Below, one piece after another: positions 53,371 to 64,000 of a stretch of 64,000 nucleotides of DNA. The DNA is from Yuukianura sp. NJ FZ-2021 (Eukaryota). Within the stretch, counting starts at the first letter, position 1. Each line of letters starts with the position of its first letter. The stretch lies in assembly GCA_046563655.1 (NCBI GenBank), contig CM102286.1, positions 15,190,001-15,254,000 of the forward strand. Direction: 5' to 3'. The notes beneath the pieces were generated by a model that was given only the letters and a program-made list of their open reading frames with translations, was not told where the DNA came from and ran no database searches. Made by a program: the position numbers and the translations under genes.

Positions 53371-54288
53371 TCACTTGGTGCGTCTCTCTGCAATGTAGTT
53401 GAGTAAGCGGTTCCCTGCTACAAAAGTGACAATTCCTGGAGGTCCCATCCACTTCAAAGCCTCGAACATTGTCAATTTGATCCAAAACAAAGCGTAGACA
53501 CCAAACAAAGCTAAAAAAACAAAGAGGCTTGTTATGAATTAATAGTCGTCAACTTAAACTTAAAAGGATTAAGCACTCTGATCAGTAAATTCAAAGTGAC
53601 ATCAGGTGTCAGAAGAACGAAAGTATAAATTGCATCATTTGAACTGTTTGGTAAATTATATTTAGAAGTGGTGCTTAGTACCTGTAAGCCCGAGGTGAAA
53701 GCTCAAAGCACTCAATGTGAAGGGGAAGTTGCTAATATTCACTCCTATTTTTATCCACTGCAAGTAAAAGTCAATTGTCAATCAGTTTCAACATGACATT
53801 TAAGGAGTAGAATTGCGTTGAGAAGTTTACCAGAAAGAAGAGAACGACGAAGGGCAGCAGGACGAGAAGAGTGAAGGCATCTGAAACGACTTTGGGTGGA
53901 CGTGGTTCAGGTTGACGAAACTGGTACTGAGTAAATCACAAAACAAAGTTGGCATTATTAACTTTAGAGTTACCAAGTAAACTGCGACTGTCAACCCGTT
54001 AAGGTACATCATCGTAGCCACTGGCGACCAACGACATCGACAGACGGGTAATTTCTTTCCCAATGGTATGGAAGTTGAACAGCAACGGTTACTGAACACT
54101 AACGATCATTGGAACACTTTAATTACACTTATTCTAACGCTCAAATTCCATCAACTTACTTGGATTTCTGGTTTTGGTTCGTATGAAATGGAGTAGAGTG
54201 GATTGGGTCTCGGCGAATCGTTGTCTTCTTGGGCCATACTGGATGATGACCATAGTAATATAAATATAACAACTGCAAACTTTGTCAT
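53371..54288 (-). CDS. Truncated ribophorin II-like protein (signal peptide + C-terminal membrane domain only, 146 aa)
   Basis: Exons 54288-54160, 53926-53831, 53757-53682, 53510-53371 (441 nt) with GCCACCATG start. Protein: MTKFAVVIFILLWSSSSMA-QEDND...YEPKPEIQYQFRQPEPRPPKVVSDAFTLLVLLP...WIKIGVNISNF...FHLGL...FWIKLTMFEALK...VTFVAGNRLL, matching the RPN2/Swp1 C-terminus. Confidence 0.85.
53577..53644 (-). ncRNA. Intronic box C/D snoRNA, SNORD59/snR54-like (18S rRNA guide)
   Basis: On - strand: C box ATGATGC, guide ACTTTCGTTCTT + D' CTGA, C' TGATGT, D box CTGA; the 12-nt guide is complementary to the conserved 18S sequence AAGAACGAAAGU. Confidence 0.75.
53986..54114 (-). ncRNA. Intronic box H/ACA snoRNA
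   Basis: Hairpin 1 closed by TTCCAATG/CATTGGGA, hinge AAAGAA (ANANNA), hairpin 2 closed by ACCCGT/ACGGGT with an internal pocket, then ACA + 3 nt; ~130 nt in an enlarged intron. Confidence 0.68.
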
Positions 54289-54756
54289 GGTGGCTTGGTG
54301 GATAACTCAATTCTTTTTTCCTAAACCAAAAAGTATCACAAAAAAATTAACACACGTCTCGTGAGACTACTTTAGTAAGTGATGCGGTAGTGTTTTTGTT
54401 TAGTTACCTACCTTGGTCTTCTCTCATGTAATGGATTGAACTGACCCGTCCTTCCCGTACCCGGCGTGTCGACAATTAGCAGTGAACTGAATAAACAGAA
54501 ACACGAGATGGAGTGTTTATTATTAGAAAAATTTTTGAAGGTATGAAGTGGTGGAGAGATGACGTGTCAGAGATATGCGCCGTAAAATACAAAAAGCTGT
54601 CCGTGGAAAACAGGAATAAACGCGACTAATCCTCGGAGTCGGAATCTGCGGAAATCAACGGGAAAAAAATCGTCAACCGACGCTGATTTCACTGGACGTT
54701 TATGGTAACTTTCCAGATTTTGTAGTAAATCACAATTCAAAGAAAATTGAAGGGTG

Positions 54757-56596
54757 TCAAAGTTTGTGGTGTGATGATGAAAGTAAGTCTGGCAAAATAC
54801 CATCATCTAGCGTACAATGCAAGGATGTTCCTGGGCCGAGTTCAACCGTCGGTACAGGATTATGATGTCCTATTTCACCACTCCCTTGAACCAATTCCAC
54901 AGTTGGGGTCATGTACGCAGGAGACAAAATGGGATTCGGATGAAGTCCCACTCCCGTCAGCTTCGAATCCAGACTCCATTTCCCTTCTGGAACCTCGACC
55001 TCGCGACTTGAGGTCTTGAGCCATTTCATTTTGCATCCGATCAGCGAACAGTGATTGTACAACATCCCAACTGAAAAGAAACAAATCACAACTCGCATGC
55101 ATTCCAAACAAATAGTAGATGGTGGGCCAGAGCTTACTTGTTGCATAAACCCCTCCGATGATTGCACAAAGACGAACAAAGAATTCCATGAAAGATTCAC
55201 TCTCTTCGGTCACTTCAACCTAATAAAAAAAATCAGATTCTTCCTGCGTTCTTGGCGAGATGACAGAAGATTATAAATCTAGATCTCACCTTCAGTCCAC
55301 TCATTTCGTACTTGAAGAAAATTCCCTGGAAAACCAGAAAACATTGAGAAATTGAACTTACGTTACGATTTCTGTTAAGGAGTTTGGTATAACTTACTGA
55401 AATTCCATGTGAGCCCTGGTCATGGTTAATTTCTCTGGAAAATTCTCTGACTGAATACTGGTAGGTCAAGTAGGACTTAAAGCGCGTCTTTACAAGTGTT
55501 GGAACCACTTGAATAAAGTAGTGGTAAACCATCTGATCTATTCAATTCAAACAAGTCAACTTATTTAGAAAAACTAAAGTCAGTCGCTGTACTTACTGAC
55601 TGGTGCAATCTTTTCCTCTCCTTCAAGCGGGAGTACAATCCCTGGCGTTCCTTCACCAAAAGAAAACTTGGAGATTCTGTGGGAGAAGTTGTAGTCTCGT
55701 TCCGTCATGAAGGCAGCGATATGGGCATGGCCACGAGGAAGCGGCAGTGTCTTCCCAGCCGTGATGTGAAAATTTCCAGCCACTTTGTTCAGTTCCAGTC
55801 TTCCATACAGACGACATGATTGTTTGACTCGGTGATAGTCCAACTCCTCCCTCGTCCTAGACAAAATGGAAAAAGATTATACATACTGCCAAATATTGTT
55901 CAATTGAACTATTTATGTTGTTTTACATAGGAGGCATTTCGGCATGTGAATTGAGAAATGCGTTCTTCCATAAGATCTGATGGAGCGAGTGATATTCCTC
56001 TCTCAAATAGGAATTGAAGCTGGCTTTGGCTTGGAAATACGCCCTCTGAGCTTCCCCAAGTGCAAAGTGAACATACTCTTCTTCCAGTTCCCCAAATTTC
56101 ACCAGATTTTGGTTCGTCGAGTCCACTATGTCAGCCCCAATATCTAAAATCAAAACAACACAATATGAAACACAGTAACAAAAAGTACGCAAATATCACA
56201 GTAATCTAAATCTAAGTGTGAAAATAGTAAATCTTACTGCTGCAGGGCATGGCGACGGACATGTCGACGTTGATGCTCAGTTTGGAATCCATGTCAACAT
56301 CAGGGCTGAAGTGGAAGGTAAAATCTGAGTCCAGATAGTAGCCCACTTCCAGAATGCTGAGCCAAAGGATGAGGATGATTGCAACTACCGAGGCTACAAG
56401 AAACCATAATAGAGTAACGATTAACAAAAGGAGATGAAATACGTAAATGTGGGATGGCGAAGGACGTACCAGTGCCTCCATAAGATGTCTTCTCCTCGTA
56501 TGTTTCTGGGACTTTGGGGAAAACATCCAAGTTTTCCACAGCTTGCAACACCTTGATCTTCCTTCTCCTGATTTGAGCCGCTCCTTGCTCAGCCAT
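54757..56596 (-). CDS. ERGIC2: ER-Golgi intermediate compartment protein 2 (Erv41 homolog)
   Basis: LDVFPKVPETYEEKTSYGG, INVDMSVAMPC, IGADIVDSTNQ, CRLYGRLELNKVAGNFHITAGK, YNFSHRI, YHYFIQVVPT, GIFFKYEMS, VRLCAIIGGVYAT. Confidence 0.93.
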
Positions 56597-57628
56597 CACA
56601 TTAATTAATCAAAACTGGAACAACTAATTAATAGTTAAGGTTTAACACGCTCACTGATTAAATTAAAAAAGTGATTTGTTTTGCTTTTGACTTTTGAATT
56701 TGGGAAAAGAGTTGGCGCACTTTTGTCTCAAGTTTATGTAGAGAAGTGTCTAATAGGCAGATAATCAATCAGACAAGTGTCTAATAGGCAGATAATCAAT
56801 AAGCAGTTTCCCTTTTCAGAGGATTAGCCTGAGACAAAGTAAAATTGTGGAGAGTGGCACCTTTCACGTCCGCACTCTGGAGTTACTTCCAACTTTTCTC
56901 CACTTGACCTAAAAGGGAGCACAAATTGTGAAGACAGGCTCGTTACTTCGTCGGTCCGCACTCTGGAGTTGCTGGTTAATCTTCTCCCCTTTATATAAAA
57001 GGGAACACAATCCAAAATTGAAAGAAAGTTGAATTTAGTTGGAACCGGAGGGAAAGTGGATGAATGCTCTTCCAGCCACTTAATGCATAACATCACATAG
57101 GTCATCTTTCCCAATGGATCATTCATCGGTTCACATGAAGGTCAAATGCTGTGTTCTGAAAACCTCCAAATAAAAGTCACATTTAATAAATAGGGAAGAT
57201 TCAGTTGGTTCTTGTACAACTGACACAACAAACATCATGAAAAGTAGTTTGCTCTGCTGACACACAAAAAGCCCAGTTTTCAACTTCACCTTTACATGGT
57301 TTCCGGTCCACCCCAAATCAATGCCCATCAAACCGGTCTTCACATTGCTCACTTTTCGGCTGCCCAGTTTGAGGCATTCCCAACAATTGAAACCTCAGTT
57401 CCGTTCTGAAATTCGACATTGCCATCCAAGCTCTGTCGAGCATCAGCATCTTTCTCTTCACCAAAATTCAATTTCAATAGCTGGAGACAAGCGTTTGAGT
57501 GGAGTTAGCTTCATGCTTCTTTGAATTTCTGCAAAGAGGCATGTAAAACGTCTAAGAATCAAAGTGGAACTACATTTTTAAAAGTTTGAAGTGTAGCTAA
57601 CCTAAAACTTTGGTGTTTTGGAAAGAGG

Positions 57629-59980
57629 ATGGATGTGAGAGCTGTTCTCGTCCTGATCTTCCTGTCTGCGGCTGCTTTTGGGAAATCCGTGACCCCTAAG
57701 CAGCAAGTGACCCCGTCGATTCAAGTAGAGCCTCTGAGCAGCATCGGACGGATCAAAAATCCCAAAAACTTCAACTATGGCCACCAACAGCCGAAACAAG
57801 GCCCTCTGCCGGACCCCGTCCTCATCTCATCCTCCATCAGAATCAACAAGGACACGCCCTACCAACCTCCCCGCAAATACGCTCCTAAGGAATTGAATAA
57901 GCGACAAATCTTCATCCAGGATCAGACGCAGTTGACCCCCAGTCAACCGCCGCATCAGGGTGAGCAAACCATTTTCTATTCTCCCAATCAGCACAACTAC
58001 GCTACACCGGAAGTTCCTCTCTACGCCACTCCAGCTCCACTCCAATTCCAAACAGTAACAGCACTTCCTCTCAACACAAATCAAGGTCAAATGTTCCTGT
58101 TGCAACAAACGCCGCAGGCATACTCACCTTTGACCCAACCAATCTCAAAGTTTGTGGCAAGAACAGGAGAAACAGAACCACAATCATCACTACAACCCAA
58201 AGTTAGCATCGTGAGTCACGCAGATCCAAATGCCCAACAGGATTCTGCCAAGAGAGACCATGGTCAAAAAGAGCATCCAAAGTCTCAACAGGAAATCCAG
58301 TACGAAGAAGCTCAGCAAGTTCTACAGAATATCATCAAGCAACAGGCTCTGCAGCAAACGCAGCAACAGAGACAGCACCAATTTCAATTGGCACAGCAAA
58401 TCCAAGAACAGTTTACGATTCAGGCTCAGCAACAGGCAGCGCAGGCGCAACTTGAAGCTCAACAGGCAGACCAAAACCAACAAATTCTCCTCTCAACATT
58501 ACCCCAAGTCCCAATTCAAACAAACCAACCACAAATGTTTCAACTGCAAACTTCTGCACAGCAACAAGTTTACCAAGCACCCAATGGGCAAACCTACATT
58601 CTGCACAAGCAGGAACCAAAAGAAGAGCAGCCAGAGGTCACAGGTCAACCTACACAAATCCAACCCCAATACACGCTACAAAAGCCACTTACCCCAACAC
58701 ATCCAGAACACAAAGGTCAAACCAAATTCATCATCAGACACCAGACTTACGTGACTGGCCCTGGAGGTCAAATGTTTACAGTTCCAGTCCCAGTTCCAGC
58801 AGAAGAAAATCCCAACTCCAGAGAAGGATCTGGAGAAGAGGGGGCAGAGGAGAGGAAAGACGAAGGGAGCAGAGAGGAGGAAAGAAGGGACGAAGGGCCC
58901 CCTCATCGTCCTCCCCCTCGCCCCCTCAATTCCTTCATGCGAAGAGTCATGGAGGCCTTCAGTGTGCGCGGAGATGCAAGTGAAAGAGTGGGAACGAACA
59001 TTGCTTTGCCAATTCTGGCTTCGACTGGCGTGTTCTTTGGTCTGGGGGCCCTTGCTGCTGGTTGGTACTTGTCAAATGCAAACAGAGAAGTTGGGATTCT
59101 GCGTCGAACAGGGAAGCCAGTTCCACAAGGGACGCATAACGTCAAAAGAATCAGGCGCCACCTCCCCACGCCACCACCAGAAGTGGACCAAGCCAGTTTC
59201 TTCCAAAGCATAATTCAACAAGCGATTGAAAAGCAGCAAGAGCAGTTTGAAGATCCCGCTGTTTCCCCTGCAGCGGAAACAGAATATGGTCCAGCCCCAG
59301 GAAGATTTCCACCTCAGAATCATCGCTTTCCGCCTCAAAATCGACAAGACTTGCATGAAGGAGGTCATGGCGACAGTTCAGCCAACTCCAAAGTGGGTCA
59401 TCGTCCAATCCAGAAGAAGTCTGCATGGTTCGTGTCGAGTCAAACTCTTAACTTTTTTAAAGTTGCTATTCCAGCGGTGGTTCTTGGTGGAGCCGTTGTG
59501 GCCATTGGGGTTCTAATCTTTGGGTGGTACATTACGGGCAGCAACCGAGAAATTGCTTTCCTTGAACCTTCCGCCTACTCCAGACGGAAACGAGACATCA
59601 CGACGACAGCGTTGAGTGATGGGTGGCTCCAACGCCTCCTCAACTCCATCCACCAGAGTCCCTATGATGAGGACCCACCAGCCTTTGACCCCTTGACCTC
59701 TCTGTCCACAAGTAAAGGGAACATCGAGTATCATGCAAATGTGTCTGACGCAGTCGTGGCTGTGTCTTTGGCCGTCATTGCTTTTCTCTCGCTTCTCGGA
59801 ATAGTCTTTGCTTGGCTAGCAGCACAAAATGAAAAGTCCAATTTGGGTGTGGAGGGGGCTTATGGCTTCGGAGGGTGGCCTGGGAGCAGATCCAAGCGAT
59901 CCTTACTTGATTCCCTCCAGTTGACCTTTGACCTTGCACAGCAAAATATAGGCCAGTTGAGTGGCTCGGACAGAAACTGA
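57629..59980 (+). CDS. Intronless 783-aa Gln/Pro-rich secretory-pathway protein with three hydrophobic segments each followed by an RXXR site
   Basis: Long ORF with signal peptide MDVRAVLVLIFLSAAAFG; hydrophobic helices ending GWYLSNANRE, GWYITGSNRE, AWLAAQNEK; downstream RIRR, RRKR, RSKR. Confidence 0.8.
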   Translation: MDVRAVLVLIFLSAAAFGKSVTPKQQVTPSIQVEPLSSIGRIKNPKNFNYGHQQPKQGPLPDPVLISSSIRINKDTPYQPPRKYAPKELNKRQIFIQDQTQLTPSQPPHQGEQTIFYSPNQHNYATPEVPLYATPAPLQFQTVTALPLNTNQGQMFLLQQTPQAYSPLTQPISKFVARTGETEPQSSLQPKVSIVSHADPNAQQDSAKRDHGQKEHPKSQQEIQYEEAQQVLQNIIKQQALQQTQQQRQHQFQLAQQIQEQFTIQAQQQAAQAQLEAQQADQNQQILLSTLPQVPIQTNQPQMFQLQTSAQQQVYQAPNGQTYILHKQEPKEEQPEVTGQPTQIQPQYTLQKPLTPTHPEHKGQTKFIIRHQTYVTGPGGQMFTVPVPVPAEENPNSREGSGEEGAEERKDEGSREEERRDEGPPHRPPPRPLNSFMRRVMEAFSVRGDASERVGTNIALPILASTGVFFGLGALAAGWYLSNANREVGILRRTGKPVPQGTHNVKRIRRHLPTPPPEVDQASFFQSIIQQAIEKQQEQFEDPAVSPAAETEYGPAPGRFPPQNHRFPPQNRQDLHEGGHGDSSANSKVGHRPIQKKSAWFVSSQTLNFFKVAIPAVVLGGAVVAIGVLIFGWYITGSNREIAFLEPSAYSRRKRDITTTALSDGWLQRLLNSIHQSPYDEDPPAFDPLTSLSTSKGNIEYHANVSDAVVAVSLAVIAFLSLLGIVFAWLAAQNEKSNLGVEGAYGFGGWPGSRSKRSLLDSLQLTFDLAQQNIGQLSGSDRN

Positions 59981-60777
59981 AAAGCAGACAAAGATGAGTT
60001 GACGAAGGAATTTTGATCTCCTAAAGTAAGTGGGTTTAGCATAGAAATTGAAACTTGTTTGTGCTTTGGTGGCTTGAGCAATTTTTCATCTGTCCCACCA
60101 TGTCCAGAGTTGCAAACTCTGTGCTTTGCCCTCCTTTTAAGTGTGTTGAGTAATCTGCCAAAACCCAGAAACTGGTTTCAATTCAACTTCTTTTGTGGTT
60201 GGATGTGTGTCAGATGAATGCTCTACAAATTAACAATTCATAATTTGACCTCTGGGTGTGTCACCAACAATGCGTAATTCATCCCAGTTGAACTGAAACC
60301 AGTTCTAGGGAATTTGTGGGCCAGTGTAATTGAAGTAATTTAGCAAGGAATGAACTCTCGTTTGCTGCTTGGCTGCGACTGCGTCCTTTCATTCATTTTC
60401 CCAAAATCCAAGTAGCCAGGGACTTAATGCAACTTTTTGTTTGAAGGGTCCCGGGAAGTGGTCGGGAGAGAAATGATCTCAAGTGGACATGAGAGCCCTT
60501 TGCCTCTTCCTGCGTTCACGACCGACACAAGGAAAGGGGGAGGCTTCACAAGGACACTCAATAGTTAGCTGTTGGTACAGTGCTCAAGCAAAGAAGGTGG
60601 GAATGCTAGGATTTAGAGTACACTTCACTTTTTCCACAAGTGATATGAATGTGAGCACAAATGAACTGAAAACCTGCCTCCAGTTCAACCAACTACTGTT
60701 GGTTTCAGTGGATTAATTACTTTATTCTAAACTGCTTTTACAAAATATAGCTTTGTAAACTTAAGTGTTCCAATAAA

Positions 60778-63172
60778 TTATGTGGATGTTGCTGGTAAAG
60801 AGTAGAAATCCTTTCTGCGCAGAATTAGAACACTCGGCTCAGTTATAATTCTGATTGGAGGATGACGACGCCAGTGAAAGTCTATGTGGTGGAATGCTTC
60901 TACTGTTCCAGCAACTTCATGACTCTGGAAGTAAGCATATCGCTCCTCTAACTTATTTGCATGCACAAATATGTGTGTGAACGCAAGCATTTCCTTCCCA
61001 CCCACTGACAGATCTTCAGTCTTGTTGTACCTTCAAAAACAAAGTAAAAACGTTAGCTTATTTCGAAAAAAAATTTAAGTATGAAGTGGAGACACTCTTC
61101 AATTTTCTTTAGTAAAGCATCGAAAGTGAGTCCCCAATACTTTTATGGTTAAACAGAACTCTATGTACACTCTGCACAGTTCAATTTAACCATAAAATCA
61201 TTGGAAGTCACCTGCCAATACTCTTATGGTTAAATTGAACTGTGAGGACACTCTGCACACTTCCGTTTAACCATAAAATCATTGCTAGGTGCCTTCCAAT
61301 GCTCTTATGGTTAAATTGAACTGTGTAGGCACTCTGCACAGTTCAATTTAACCATAACATCATTAGAAGTGACCTACCAATGCTGCTATGGTTAACCTCA
61401 AATGTGTGGATATTCTGTACAGTACACTTTAACCATAAAAGAATCAAAGATCCCAATGCTGTTTATGGTTTCTTTAATGTAAAAAGAGGAATCTGTGTAT
61501 TTCTTACGTCCAGTGCGAGTAGAGTTGTAGGAATCTGGAGACTCCTGTTTGGGCAGAATGTACATCAATGTGAACGTTGACTGGAGCGACGGCTGACTCA
61601 ATTTGATGCAACTTGCGGAGAGCTGTTCCTCCTGGATAATTGTGACTAGACACAACCAGGAAGCCAGTCGTCAGTACAGCATTGAGTACCAGGTGGAACA
61701 AAAGAGCCACTGACATGAGTGTAGAAAGGAGCCCTTTGACTCTGTTTCTCCAGATTTGGTCTGCTCCCACTGCAGCAGCAACATTCACAACTGGAATGAC
61801 GTAGATGATGAAACGAAGCTCCTTGTGCGGAAGAAACGAGTAGAAAAAGACAAAGAGAAGACATGGAATGACGAGTATTCGTACACGACGACTGAGCCAG
61901 AGTCCGATTGGAATTAGAAAGAGAGAGGAGAGGAGACTGCGTGGAATGGCGGAGTAAAAGTACCACAAGAATGGAGATGTCTGCACCAAACAAAAAAACT
62001 CGTCACAAACTTAACAATTTTCTCGGATTGTGGAAAAATAAAGTAAGAAGTTGTTTACCCCCCAGTTGTGACTTTGGTTCCGAATGGTGTTGAACCAGAG
62101 AACTTCTCCCTCTGGCCACAGCCATCTTCTCCAGAAGATGGAGTCAATTAGAAACGTTAGAGCCAGTGACCCAAGCCCACTCGGAATTGAATACTTGATT
62201 GCCCTACCAAAGAATTATTGTAAATAAAGTACTAAGAATGGTTCGTAGTAATGCGATGATGATGATAGAATATTTAAATCTTACGATAGAAGTGATATTC
62301 TTCTACGAAGTAATTCGTAGATTAGAAGGAGGCCAAAGAGGGAGACTAGTTCGGCCCTGAAGACCAAGGAATCAAAAGCTGCTGCCAGAATGAATAGTGC
62401 ATGATGTCCTTCCATCCAAAAGTGCAAAGCTAGTAGAGCTAAAAGAAGAAATAGAAATTCAAATTCAAATTCCTTTCATAAGACGTTTAGAGAGAAGTGG
62501 ATGACCTGGTGGAAGTGCAAAGATGTTGGGAAGTGTTCGTCCCATGTAGAAGACAAAGTGAAACTGAGATGCAGTGATCATGACTAGCCACCAGCCCACT
62601 CTGGAACCAAATTGCTTCGACACACTTCTGCGGAATTGTTGGAAGGCTCGAATGACGCATTCTGCCAAGCAGATTCGGACTAAAATGCAAATGAAACAAT
62701 GGAACTTATAACTGAAGTAAATGTTTGATTTTATTGATGAAGTGGTGTTTTACCAATGATTTGTGCTGGAAACTTGGTGAAGAAGAGTTGTGAAAGGATG
62801 ACGAAGGGATATGAGACAGCGGAGAGAAGCAATGGTCCAATAAACGTTCTTGGAACGACTCCCCCAAACTCCAGATGATCATACTGCGAAAAAGACAAAG
62901 GGTTAAAACGTTGAACTTGAAAGTTAGTTTATATAAAAAATGAAGTGTAGTGGACTTACTGAATCCAAGTTAGTTTGATGGTAGATGAGATCGTGCGTAG
63001 CCTGGAGATTGAAGCTCTCTTCTACCTTGGTGAGTGGACAAGTGAAGATGTGGATGAGGGCAACTACTCGCAGAAGCACTTCCGGTTGCAACGCAAACAC
63101 TGGAACCTTTGCTACTTCCAGTCTTTTCTCTTCTCTTCCTTGCCATTTGCCTGAACCTCCGCGTTGTTTCAT
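60778..63172 (-). CDS. ALG12: Dol-P-Man alpha-1,6-mannosyltransferase
   Basis: [94 protein letters not shown]; start codon uncertain. Confidence 0.93.
61133..61470. repeat. ~81-bp tandem repeat (~4 copies), each unit palindromic, in the last ALG12 intron
   Basis: CCAAT.CT.TTATGGTTAAA...TTTAACCATAA..ATCATTG recurs at ~61134, 61215, 61296, 61377. Confidence 0.85.
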
Positions 63173-63641
63173 GCTTACCTTACTCAACCGGCAGTTAATT
63201 AAACACTTACTGAAAACAGATATCAACGTTCTTGCCAAACCAAGAGATATTGATACAAGTCGATTCAATTATCAATCGGTTTGTGCCCGTAGTTGCACAA
63301 TTCAGTGAAACCGCATATTGAATTTTAAAGTCTCTTTTGTTTACACTTTTAAATTGGCACCTTTCCCGCTCTACCTTTGGGGGAAATTGAGACAGTGGAG
63401 AATGGAGCAGGCTAATCCTCAGAATTGACATATTTGTCAGAATCACATCCAGGAATTGTCATTATGGCTGCATTTGGACGGATTTAACTAATTAGTGATG
63501 ATTAGTGAGTTTGTGTAATTTACACAAACCTCAATGACATCAAATGCAACTTTTGTAGTTGCAAAACTCCTTACGAAACTTTTGCTAGTCAATGCATGAG
63601 CCGTTTATTGGTGTCATGATAATTGTTGTGAGTTGTTGACT

Positions 63642-64000
63642 TCAAGACGTTCTCCACCTGAGTTCCGATGCGGTGTCATGGTTCACTTTGAATCTCCATC
63701 CAAGGACACCCAGAACAGCAACCAACGTCACACAAATACAAGTGACCACCACTGTAGCCACCACCGGATGACCCTCTAACCTCAAACATCAATTAATCCC
63801 ACTCTCCACTTTCTAATATCCAAATAAAGACTGAATGTTACCTTGGACAAAGACGCTGAATCGCTTCTCTGCTTTACTTGCGATGTTCTCTGCCACACAC
63901 AAGTACTCTCCATGAACATCGTAGGAAGCGACGAGGAACTTCAACGTCAAAGTCCCATTGCTTTGTATCACTTTCACATTGTTTGTGTTGACGACCACTT
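63642..64000 (-). CDS. 3' end of an immunoglobulin-domain single-pass membrane protein with a short cytoplasmic tail
   Basis: NGTLTL...DVHGEYLCVAEN (Ig F-strand motif) spliced to exon 63775-63642 EGHPVVATVVVTCICVTLVAVLGVLGWRFK...RWRTS*. Confidence 0.75.

Noticed and set aside
53827..54099. 90-aa Cys-rich ORF
   Set aside because: Spans intron 1 of mini-RPN2 and coincides with the predicted H/ACA snoRNA.

Overview
Eukaryotic, intron-rich, compact animal (arthropod-like) genomic DNA with mostly 60-90 bp introns; no prokaryotic features. Left arm (1-38 kb): a PTGR1-like MDR reductase head-to-head with an unusual 6-exon gene that fuses a degenerate glycogenin/GT8-like N-terminus to a bacterial-style type I PKS ketosynthase lacking AT and ACP domains. 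Next come an ABCC4-like exporter, a scramblase-like gene, a small C-type-lectin-like GPI-anchored protein, and two tandem saccharopine-dehydrogenase-like oxidoreductases (one with a 2.9-kb TIR element carrying a 177-bp satellite). These are followed by a ricin-B lectin, a urea transporter, an SLC16 transporter, CSTF1 and a variant SIFamide. Middle (38.2-53.1 kb): gene-free repeat block with a Helentron/DINE-like end, a ~7-kb homogeneous 44-bp satellite, a 1-kb foldback element and a ~470-bp palindromic satellite. Right arm: a 146-aa 'mini-ribophorin II' whose introns host a C/D and an H/ACA snoRNA, ERGIC2, a 783-aa intronless Q/P-rich membrane protein, ALG12 and the 3' end of an Ig-domain membrane protein. 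Gene models were spliced by eye and coordinates may be off by a few bases; family assignments are from motif recognition, not database searches.
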